Part shown: positions 16,323-22,736 of the stretch, piece after piece | How the letters are laid out: each line of letters begins with the position of its first letter | Position numbering within the stretch: the stretch's first letter is position 1 | Virus record (IMG/VR): IMGVR_UViG_3300017747_002751 | Coordinates: 1 to 38,539 of that record | DNA length: 38,539 nt | Strand: one strand, 5' to 3' | From: a virus | Taxonomy: Duplodnaviria > Caudoviricetes | Notes under the pieces: generated by a model | Databases searched by the model: none | What the model was told of the DNA's origin: nothing | What the model saw: only the letters and a program-made list of their open reading frames with translations | Translations under genes and position numbers: made by a program

Positions 16323-16436
16323 ATGACCGCTTGGCTTTACTTCATCATGCTCACAATGGGCGCGGCTCTATCCGTTGGCATCATTGCCGCAATGCTTCTC
16401 CACTATTTCTTTGACGAGGACGGGCTAGGCCGATGA
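16323..16436 (+). CDS. Small single-TM protein (37 aa)
   Basis: MTAWLYFIMLTMGAALSVGIIAAMLLHYFLDEDGLGR; SD GGAG; ATGA overlap with the next gene. Confidence 0.6.
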   Translation: MTAWLYFIMLTMGAALSVGIIAAMLLHYFFDEDGLGR

Positions 16437-16627
16437 CCGAAGAATGGATTGAGCACGACGGGAAAGGGATCCCGGTGGACTTTAAGACAAAAGTAGAGGT
16501 GGAATACAAACCAGCTTTACACGAAACACGTCCTGTGTACGGTTCGATAAAGCGCGCAAGTAAATACCGTTGGACGCACGATAACGATGTTTCGGATATT
16601 ATCGCTTACCGCGTGGTGAAGCCATGA
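16433..16627 (+). CDS. Hypothetical phage protein (WIEHDG...DIIAYRVV)
   Basis: 64 aa with a recurrent phage motif. Confidence 0.8.
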   Translation: MTEEWIEHDGKGIPVDFKTKVEVEYKPALHETRPVYGSIKRASKYRWTHDNDVSDIIAYRVVKP

Positions 16628-16691
16628 CCGAAGAACACCTTTCCAATCTCATAGCCCAATGGCTGGAAGAAGCTTTAGCGGAGTTCTGGCA

Positions 16692-16886
16692 ATGACCGAG
16701 TGGATGCCTATCGATCTTCTAAAGCCAAAAGATAACATGATCGTTATCGGCTATGGAGAATACAGGGAGCGCGATGGATTTTCACCTGCCTTCATGAGGT
16801 GGAGCGAGTGGGTCGGCGGTTGGGCTGTGAACGGGATGCCGTTTTACCCTACCCACTGGATGCCTATCCCAAAAGATCCCGTCTGA
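16692..16886 (+). CDS. DUF551-like protein
   Basis: MTEWMPI...PTHWMPIP signature. Confidence 0.8.
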   Translation: MTEWMPIDLLKPKDNMIVIGYGEYRERDGFSPAFMRWSEWVGGWAVNGMPFYPTHWMPIPKDPV

Positions 16887-16895
16887 CAGTCAATC

Positions 16896-16958
16896 GTCGT
16901 GACCCGCCTCCCAGGTTCACGACTAGCCGGTCGGGGAGATCCTCCATTCCCGACCGGC
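16896..16958 (+). ncRNA. Tandem hairpins with CCUCC loops (cuckoo / alpha-r14-like element)
   Basis: Two adjacent stems with loops GCCUCCCA and GAUCCUCCA in an intergenic gap. Confidence 0.5.
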
Positions 16959-16984
16959 ACCCCATCAATCGATACAGGTGAAAC

Positions 16985-17311
16985 ATGACAGACGAAAGCG
17001 AAATTAACAGGAACAGCCCATCGCCCATAACTCATTTGCGGGCGAAGCCGCTCGAATGGAAAGGTTCAAACGAAGGTTTCGGTCACGGGAGAATGTACTA
17101 CGGAACTGGCGCTTTCGGGCACTGGTATGGTGTTAAGCGGGAAAAGGCTGGCATGTGGTCTTGCGTCCACCATGTCGGCGCAACCCCTGTTTATCTTCCT
17201 CATCAAGCTAGCTTGGATGAAGCGAAATCGGCGGCACAAGCAGATTACGACGAGCGTGTTCGCGCCGCCCTCGACACCCCATCACCCGTAACGAGGGATA
17301 CAGCCGAATGA
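16985..17311 (+). CDS. Hypothetical protein with KPLEW...EAKSAAQADYDERVRAAL module
   Basis: 108 aa; paralogous to 6295-6879. Confidence 0.8.
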   Translation: MTDESEINRNSPSPITHLRAKPLEWKGSNEGFGHGRMYYGTGAFGHWYGVKREKAGMWSCVHHVGATPVYLPHQASLDEAKSAAQADYDERVRAALDTPSPVTRDTAE

Positions 17312-17610
17312 TCCGCACCCTCACACTCCTAGCCCTAATGGCAACGCCAGCAGCGGCACAACAGAGCGACATGCTCCGTGTAGCGGCAGAGGCCATCATT
17401 GCCTTACAGAACTGCCACAAGGCGGTATTTGACGAGGCACAGGTTATCACGTTCTTGTACTCTGGAGCCGTACAGCGCAACATGACGAGGGAGCAGGCTG
17501 TTGCCGAGACACAGTCAATCGTCAATGCTATCCTGTCGCAAATCACTACACGCCAGAAAATGCAGCAGTTCTGCGCCGCCATGTATACCGTGCAAGGCCA
17601 GCCGCTCTAA
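17308..17610 (+). CDS. Secreted/periplasmic protein
   Basis: Signal peptide MIRTLTLLALMATPAAA; two Cys. Confidence 0.75.
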   Translation: MIRTLTLLALMATPAAAQQSDMLRVAAEAIIALQNCHKAVFDEAQVITFLYSGAVQRNMTREQAVAETQSIVNAILSQITTRQKMQQFCAAMYTVQGQPL

Positions 17611-17813
17611 TGCCCCTCTACGTTGAAGAAAAGATAGCCGCCCTAGACGCTCAAATCGCCAGCAAGCGTCAATGGCTGGAAGACCACGGCACCCATGCCA
17701 AGCGTCCTAGACCTGAGTGGGAGATTACCGTGAAAGAAGACGCGCTCAAGTGGCTTGAGGCCATTGCATCTGATTACCGAATGAGCTTGGATAGAGCGAG
17801 GAAGACGGAATGA
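17610..17813 (+). CDS. Hypothetical protein
   Basis: 67 aa; coupled on both sides. Confidence 0.75.
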   Translation: MPLYVEEKIAALDAQIASKRQWLEDHGTHAKRPRPEWEITVKEDALKWLEAIASDYRMSLDRARKTE

Positions 17814-18139
17814 GTATCCCGAAATACGCAGCCAAGCGTGACAAGTCCGAACCTGGAATAGTCAAGGTGCTTCGCCAGTGCGGCTTTAGCGTCGAGCTAA
17901 CAGACAGGCCAACGGATGCTCTTCTTGGCTTTCGCGGGGTAATGTGGGCGGCGGAATTTAAAACGGGCCGCAAGGGCTACGGCAAGAGCCTCAACGCTAA
18001 TCAGCAGGCCTTCGCTGATGGATGGAGAGGCCCGCCTGTTGTGGTTCTCCATGACGAACAAGAGGCGCTTGAATGGGCAATGTCCATCGCCAGTCAATCG
18101 AACAAACCAGCAGAACAGCTAGCAAAGGGGAATGTATGA
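17810..18139 (+). CDS. PD-(D/E)xK nuclease, VRR-NUC / junction-resolvase-like
   Basis: YAAKRDKSE...PTDALLG...AAEFK...LNANQQAF...W motif order. Confidence 0.8.
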   Translation: MSIPKYAAKRDKSEPGIVKVLRQCGFSVELTDRPTDALLGFRGVMWAAEFKTGRKGYGKSLNANQQAFADGWRGPPVVVLHDEQEALEWAMSIASQSNKPAEQLAKGNV

Positions 18140-18393
18140 ACGGGATACCGGAAGACATCATGAAGATGGCATATGATGCCATCAAAGGCTCACTGCCATT
18201 CTTCCCAAGCGATCAAGACAGATTGCGGGATAGTGTCGCAGATATTCTTCTAGCCGAGCGTCTGCGCTGCCTTAACATCTGCGCAGCCGAGCGTGAATAT
18301 GGCGACTTTCATCCAGACGACGTAATGACGCGCATTGAAACAGGTAGCGAACCACGGCAGATTGAAGGCTGGAATTGCGAGTTCTCCGAATGA
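18136..18393 (+). CDS. Hypothetical protein
   Basis: MNGIPEDIM...ILLAERLRC; SD AAGGGG. Confidence 0.75.
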   Translation: MNGIPEDIMKMAYDAIKGSLPFFPSDQDRLRDSVADILLAERLRCLNICAAEREYGDFHPDDVMTRIETGSEPRQIEGWNCEFSE

Positions 18394-18764
18394 CAAAGCC
18401 GCAAAAGACACTCCCAGGCTTTGAGCGCTTCTGGTCCGCATACGCCTATAAGATCTGCCGAGCAGATGCTTACAAGGCGTGGGTAAAGAACAAGTGTGAG
18501 GACATCGCAGACGAGATCTGCGCGGCCATCCCGGCTTATGATGAGTTTCTGTCGCAGAACCCATGGCGGCACAAGGCTCACGCCTCGACATGGCTTAACG
18601 GAAACCGATGGCTGGATGAATATGGCCCTCCAAAGCCCGCCTATACGCCGCATCCCAACCAGCGATCCGGCCCCGTCACATACACCACACCAGCCATTAA
18701 CCACCAATCCCGCGAAGAATACCTAAGGGCAGAGATAGCCCGTTCAGAGCGCACATTCAGATAG
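18390..18764 (+). CDS. Stand-alone C-terminal domain of a phage replication initiator / replisome organiser
   Basis: FERFWSAY..K..+ADAYKAW...HASTWLNGNRWLDE motif; no N-terminal HTH domain present. Confidence 0.7.
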   Translation: MTKPQKTLPGFERFWSAYAYKICRADAYKAWVKNKCEDIADEICAAIPAYDEFLSQNPWRHKAHASTWLNGNRWLDEYGPPKPAYTPHPNQRSGPVTYTTPAINHQSREEYLRAEIARSERTFR

Positions 18765-18772
18765 GAAGAGAT

Positions 18773-19375
18773 ATGACGAACGAAGAGAAGAAACCACCAG
18801 CGCCCGTAACCAATTTGATGGGTGGGCCGGTCGTAGACATCGCCCCTGGTATGCCCGAGCTGCGGATTTCTCTCATTGCCCGAGCCGTTCGGCAGTCTCT
18901 TCGCAACTACGGGCACAAGGTCGCTGAGAGCACTTTGCCAGAGTGCATCGCTGGTGATGTAGAGCGGACGCTGGCCGCCCATGATAAGGCGTGGCCCGCT
19001 CATGCTCAGAATGTCGCGGTGAAGGCGGTTGAGCAGGAAATCAACCGGCTTTCTTTGTCGCTGGACGGAGAAGTCACCGAAGATATGCTCAACGAGGGGC
19101 AAGAGCGTATGTGCCAGATGGCATCTCGCACGGTGTTTGAGGATCATATTCAGGCTGAAATCTATAAGGCGATGCGCTCCGTCGATCCGGCGTTTCGCAC
19201 GACAGAGAAGGATGAGTTGCGGTTATTTGGCCACTGGTCGAAGCACAGGTTCGCTGATGGCGTATTTCTTCCGCTGGTCTGCTACGTGCCGACGGGGGAA
19301 GACTATACGACCGTGCCACTCTACGCGCCCGCCACCCCACCGCCCCAACCGAGAGCAGAAGCCAAGCAACAATAA
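18773..19375 (+). CDS. Hypothetical modular phage protein
   Basis: 200 aa; VTEDML...IYKAM and TVPLYA motifs; SD AGGA. Confidence 0.75.
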   Translation: MTNEEKKPPAPVTNLMGGPVVDIAPGMPELRISLIARAVRQSLRNYGHKVAESTLPECIAGDVERTLAAHDKAWPAHAQNVAVKAVEQEINRLSLSLDGEVTEDMLNEGQERMCQMASRTVFEDHIQAEIYKAMRSVDPAFRTTEKDELRLFGHWSKHRFADGVFLPLVCYVPTGEDYTTVPLYAPATPPPQPRAEAKQQ

Positions 19376-19390
19376 CCAAAGGTAACGAGT

Positions 19391-20026
19391 ATGTTTGTAT
19401 CCCACAGAGAATTCACCACGGCGGCAGAGATTCATGCTAACCATGTCCTTCTGCGCAACAAGTTCTTTCCTCCCATGCCAAAGGCTCAATCCAAGGCAGA
19501 CCCCCGCCGTATAGACCCAGAGAAGCGCGGCAAGCGTCCGCTTTGGTCACTGCTCAAGATGCACTTCGACGCTCATGTGAAGCTGCGCAAGGCCGTCCTA
19601 GAGCGTGAAGCCCCGGCCGCGCCTGTGGAGCCGAAAGAAAAGCCTCTCTGGACGACGAACACAATCAGTTTCAATAGCCATGTGGTCGAATACCGCCGCT
19701 ATCTTCTCGTTTGCGAGGAAGGCGACACGCCGGTCTTTCTGCCGAAGAAGCCAATGGATGAGATTGTCGGGGAGGTTTTACGGTTCTTTCCACAATACGG
19801 CCTAGCATCGATCAAGGGGCGCTGTCGGAACAAGGGCGTAATTCTCCCGCGCCATCTGGCCGTCTACGAGGTGCACAGACAGCGTCCTGACCAGTCGTAC
19901 CCGCAGCTTGCCAAGTATTTCTGCCGCAATGACCACTCGGGCTTGATCTACGCCGTCAATAAGATCCACGCGATGAAAGAGGCGGGCGATCTTTCATGGT
20001 TTTATGGGGGTGGAAAGCGCGACTAA
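19391..20026 (+). CDS. DnaA C-terminal (domain IV) HTH protein
   Basis: R.KGVILPRHLAVYE...SYPQLAKYF.RNDHSGLIYAVNKI resembles the DnaA signature; no AAA+ domain. Confidence 0.8.
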   Translation: MFVSHREFTTAAEIHANHVLLRNKFFPPMPKAQSKADPRRIDPEKRGKRPLWSLLKMHFDAHVKLRKAVLEREAPAAPVEPKEKPLWTTNTISFNSHVVEYRRYLLVCEEGDTPVFLPKKPMDEIVGEVLRFFPQYGLASIKGRCRNKGVILPRHLAVYEVHRQRPDQSYPQLAKYFCRNDHSGLIYAVNKIHAMKEAGDLSWFYGGGKRD

Positions 20027-20030
20027 CCGC

Positions 20031-20059
20031 TTGCCGCATGATGGCGGACGCTGTATTAT
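20031..20059 (+). promoter_or_regulatory. Promoter for ncRNA-1
   Basis: TTGCCG-N17-TATTAT. Confidence 0.65.
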
Positions 20060-20065
20060 TAGGCA

Positions 20066-20158
20066 TCGAGAAGTGGGCTAAGTCTAGAGCGTCAAAGCAT
20101 CACCATTAGCCTAGAGTTTGGTGGTGGCCTGAGCCGGTAAGTTATCCGGGCTTCCCGA
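20066..20158 (+). ncRNA. Putative tRNA-like / pseudoknotted RNA (ncRNA-1)
   Basis: Closing stem UCGAGAAG/CUUCCCGA, D-like arm GCU...AGC, 8-bp stem CAUCACCA/UGGUGGUG and T-like arm CCGG-UAAGUUAU-CCGG; begins at the predicted transcription start. Confidence 0.5.
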
Positions 20159-20166
20159 CTAACCGC

Positions 20167-20194
20167 TTGCTTTCACACCAATACCACATATCAT
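20167..20194 (+). promoter_or_regulatory. Promoter for ncRNA-2
   Basis: TTGCTT-N16-TATCAT. Confidence 0.55.
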
Positions 20195-20204
20195 AAGCTT
20201 TAGA

Positions 20205-20333
20205 TGAAGGGCCAACACCTTTCAGGGGAGGGTTAGACCATACCGCTCCGAGTTCTTCTCACACAAGGCGTCTCTCATGGCTAAGAACCACTGTTGGTTG
20301 GCCCCCAAACCGATCAGGGGTTGGCATACTTCA
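20205..20333 (+). ncRNA. Putative multi-arm structured RNA (ncRNA-2)
   Basis: Closing stems UGAAG/CUUCA and GCCAACACCU/AGGGGUUGGC enclose arms GGAG/CUCC, GUUCUU/AAGAAC and UUGGUU/AACCGA; no ORF in the track. Confidence 0.5.
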
Positions 20334-20398
20334 GCAGAAAGAACGCAAGGTCTCCTTTCCACGGCATATTACAGCAGGATGAGCGCAAGTTAAACTAA

Positions 20399-20456
20399 TC
20401 TAACATTGTCTAACATAATCGTTGACTGCCCTCCATTCTCGTCGTAGTGTTAGACA
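20399..20456 (+). promoter_or_regulatory. Promoter of the methyltransferase operon with flanking TCTAAC boxes
   Basis: TTGACT-N17-TAGTGT (20422-20450); TCTAAC at 20399 and 20409; inverted TGTTAGACA at 20448-20456. Confidence 0.65.
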
Positions 20457-20483
20457 TCGAAACACACACAACGGGGAACGGTT

Positions 20484-20636
20484 ATGAAGCTCATTGAAAA
20501 GACGGCACGTTACGAAATCTGGGCAGTCAAGGAAGACTACGGCTTTGATTTCTACGTCTACGGCGTCTATCACTCTGGTGATCCGCGTGTATGTGCTTCT
20601 ATCGGCATGGCTCGCGAAGTGGCGGCTGGTCTGTGA
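20484..20636 (+). CDS. Hypothetical protein (50 aa)
   Basis: Hand-translated as MKLIEKTARYEIWAVKEDYGFDFYVYG...; SD GGGGA; TGATG coupling to the methyltransferase. Confidence 0.75.
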   Translation: MKLIEKTARYEIWAVKEDYGFDFYVYGVYHSGDPRVCASIGMAREVAAGL

Positions 20637-21397
20637 TGACGGCATACTACAACGAAATTGACCCGTATGCAGCACAATGGCTGCGCAATCTCATTTCCGC
20701 CGGCCAAATCGCCGATGGCGACGTTGATGAAAGAAGTATCCATGACGTGCAGCCAGAAGACCTTAAGGGCTATAAGCAGTGTCACTTCTTCGCCGGAATT
20801 GGCGGATGGTCGCAAGCTTTGCGTCTATCCGGTTGGGCAGACGATAGACATGTTTGGACCGGATCTTGCCCCTGCCAGCCATTCTCAGTCGGAAGCGTTG
20901 CCCATGGAGGAGCGAAAGGCCAAAGCGATGAGCGCCATCTGTGGCCGATTTTCTTCGACCTCATCCGCGAGCTTAAGCCTCCAGTTGTCTTTGGAGAGCA
21001 AGTTGCAAGCGCGATTAACTGGGGGTGGTACGACGAACTTTGTGGGGACATGGAAAGTGTTGACTACGCCTGCGCGGCGACGGTTATCCCAGCTCTTGCC
21101 GTCCAAGCGCAACACGTCAGAAAGCGTCTCGTCTGGTTGGCCGACACCGGTAGCGAGGGACGGGAAAGACATAAGTCGATCCAACTCATTCCTCAGCCAG
21201 AGGCTCAGACACAGCCCATCAATGGCGACCCGCTTATTGACGCAAGGCGCGCCTTGGGAGGTGATTACGGCAATCTATTGTTTGGCGATGGGGTATCCGT
21301 TGCAGTGGAACGATGCGCGGCCAAGGGATACGGCAACGCAATTGTCCCGCAAGTTGCTGCAGAAGTGATTTCTGCATATATGGAGATCGCCGCATGA
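20636..21397 (+). CDS. C5 DNA cytosine methyltransferase (main / alpha polypeptide)
   Basis: FFAGIGG (motif I), GSCPCQPFS (IV), FGEQV (VI), HVRKRL (VIII), GYGNAIVPQVA (X); the AYYNEID segment precedes motif I. Confidence 0.92.
   Translation: MTAYYNEIDPYAAQWLRNLISAGQIADGDVDERSIHDVQPEDLKGYKQCHFFAGIGGWSQALRLSGWADDRHVWTGSCPCQPFSVGSVAHGGAKGQSDERHLWPIFFDLIRELKPPVVFGEQVASAINWGWYDELCGDMESVDYACAATVIPALAVQAQHVRKRLVWLADTGSEGRERHKSIQLIPQPEAQTQPINGDPLIDARRALGGDYGNLLFGDGVSVAVERCAAKGYGNAIVPQVAAEVISAYMEIAA
20850..21368 (+). CDS. Overlapping-frame beta polypeptide of the methyltransferase (putative)
   Basis: A 236-codon open frame lies inside the methyltransferase gene and carries GWPTP and a motif-IX-like CLAMGYPLQW. 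Start uncertain (ATG 20850, 20904 or 20928). Confidence 0.65.
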   Translation: MFGPDLAPASHSQSEALPMEERKAKAMSAICGRFSSTSSASLSLQLSLESKLQARLTGGGTTNFVGTWKVLTTPARRRLSQLLPSKRNTSESVSSGWPTPVARDGKDISRSNSFLSQRLRHSPSMATRLLTQGAPWEVITAIYCLAMGYPLQWNDARPRDTATQLSRKLLQK

Positions 21398-21828
21398 AAC
21401 TCATCAAGTGCAAGATATGCGGTAAAGAACATCAAGGAAGGGTTTGCTCTTCCTTTGCGAGATCGACGGCACGACAAAAGCAGCAACGTATAATCGGCCC
21501 CATAGGCGTGAGTGGGTTAGAGCCTGAAGATAGCGCTTCAGGCGTGGTGCGCACCGTCGATACTGAAAACGGCCACATCTGGCACGAGAAGATATTTTCA
21601 TCCATGGCCATCAAGTGCTGCATGAACTGCGGGTTCATCAAGAACGAAAATCAACCTAACGCGCCATGCCCCGGCCCGATAGGTGTTGAAGTTCGCAGCA
21701 TCACCCCTCCTAAGCCCAAATTCAACAAAACCGCATATCAACGTCTTTACATGTCCGACCTCAGAGCCGCCAAGAAGATTGGCATAACCATCAGGGAATA
21801 CAGAGAGAGGACCAAGCCCCATGACTAG
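21394..21828 (+). CDS. Hypothetical Cys/His-rich protein
   Basis: CKICGKEH, CCMNCG and FNKTAYQRLYM; start ATG 21394. Confidence 0.75.
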   Translation: MKLIKCKICGKEHQGRVCSSFARSTARQKQQRIIGPIGVSGLEPEDSASGVVRTVDTENGHIWHEKIFSSMAIKCCMNCGFIKNENQPNAPCPGPIGVEVRSITPPKPKFNKTAYQRLYMSDLRAAKKIGITIREYRERTKPHD

Positions 21829-22078
21829 CATGGTAGAGAAGGTAGCGCGGGCTATCTATGAAGAAATGGACCTTTCAGACAGTTTGGCATTACCAGAGGC
21901 CGAACGGTACGCCCGTGCCGCTATCCAGGCAATGCGGGAAATGACACCAGGGATGATTGACGCCTCCTCCTATGCGACCACTATAGGTGATGAAGGCGTT
22001 TATCGCATCGGTATCGATAAGCAGGGCGCTCTAGAAGTGTGGGAGGCCGCCATCGACGCAGCCCTAAAGGAGGAATGA
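21821..22078 (+). CDS. Hypothetical phage protein (MVEKVARAI...ARAAIQAMRE...IDAAL)
   Basis: 85 aa with a recurrent alphaproteobacterial phage motif; SD GAGG. Confidence 0.8.
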   Translation: MTSMVEKVARAIYEEMDLSDSLALPEAERYARAAIQAMREMTPGMIDASSYATTIGDEGVYRIGIDKQGALEVWEAAIDAALKEE

Positions 22079-22278
22079 CAGTGGCATTCACGATTGAACT
22101 GGGTTGGTGGATAGCCCCTGTGGTCGTCACCATCGCCACATTCGGTTCTGCTGCATTCGTAAGCAGAGATATGGGGAACGACCAGTACGGGGCCGGGGCT
22201 ATAGTCGCTTTTGGCTTTTACATGGCCGCTGCTGTGGGTTCACTGATATCATGGCTACTCTGGGCATTGTTATCTTGA
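22075..22278 (+). CDS. Small 2-TM membrane protein
   Basis: LGWWIAPVVVT...SLISWLLWALLS; SD AAGGAGG. Confidence 0.75.
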   Translation: MTVAFTIELGWWIAPVVVTIATFGSAAFVSRDMGNDQYGAGAIVAFGFYMAAAVGSLISWLLWALLS

Positions 22279-22292
22279 CGCCTGAGCCGCCA

Positions 22293-22347
22293 TTTACATT
22301 CCCCCTTCACCCCAATATAATCAAACACAGTCTAACGAGGTCTAACG
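22293..22347 (+). promoter_or_regulatory. Late-operon promoter with downstream GTCTAACG tandem boxes
   Basis: TTTACA-N17-TATAAT (22293-22321); GTCTAACG at 22330 and 22340. Confidence 0.7.
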
Positions 22348-22349
22348 CA

Positions 22350-22736
22350 ATGCCAGCCGGAAGGCCAACAATGTACAGAGAGACGTATTGCGACCAAGTC
22401 ATAGAGCATATGACCGAGGGCGCTAGTCTAACATCGTTCGCTGCTGAGATTGGTGTCTCCCGCGCAACTCTCAACGTCTGGATGGAGGCCCACCCTGAAT
22501 TTTTAGATGCCGCACACACGGGGAAGGCAAAATGCGCCGCGTGGTGGGAGCGTGTAGCTCGTGCTAATGCCAAGGAAGGCACAGGAAACGCCACCATAAC
22601 TGTCTTCGGCCTCAAGAACATGTCGCCAGACGATTGGCGCGATAAGCAGGAAGTTGAGCAATCAGGTTCGGTAACTGTCATCAACAGAGTTGAGCGCGAG
22701 ATTGTCAGACCGAACACGCAAGAGCCGTCCGCTTAA
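22350..22736 (+). CDS. terS: Terminase small subunit
   Basis: MPAGRPT.Y, HTH (SLTSFAAEIGVSRATLNVW..HPEF), FGLKN...WRDKQEVE; directly upstream of terL. Confidence 0.88.
   Translation: MPAGRPTMYRETYCDQVIEHMTEGASLTSFAAEIGVSRATLNVWMEAHPEFLDAAHTGKAKCAAWWERVARANAKEGTGNATITVFGLKNMSPDDWRDKQEVEQSGSVTVINRVEREIVRPNTQEPSA

Larger units (their letters stand above)
20020..20170 (+). repeat. 15-bp direct repeat CGACTAACCGCTTGC (20020-20034 and 20156-20170)
   Basis: Exact repeat; each copy supplies the start of a -35 box. Confidence 0.9.

Noticed and set aside
20066-20158. Canonical tRNA or amber suppressor call
   Set aside because: No TTCRA T-loop, no U33, a 13-nt loop and no terminal CCA; kept only as a tRNA-like ncRNA.
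20060-20340. Self-cleaving ribozyme (hammerhead, twister, pistol, HDV/theta)
   Set aside because: I could not match the conserved catalytic cores by eye; an Infernal search would be needed.
20389-20415. CtrA binding site
   Set aside because: Half-sites are CTAA(C) with a 10-bp period, not TTAA-N7-TTAA.
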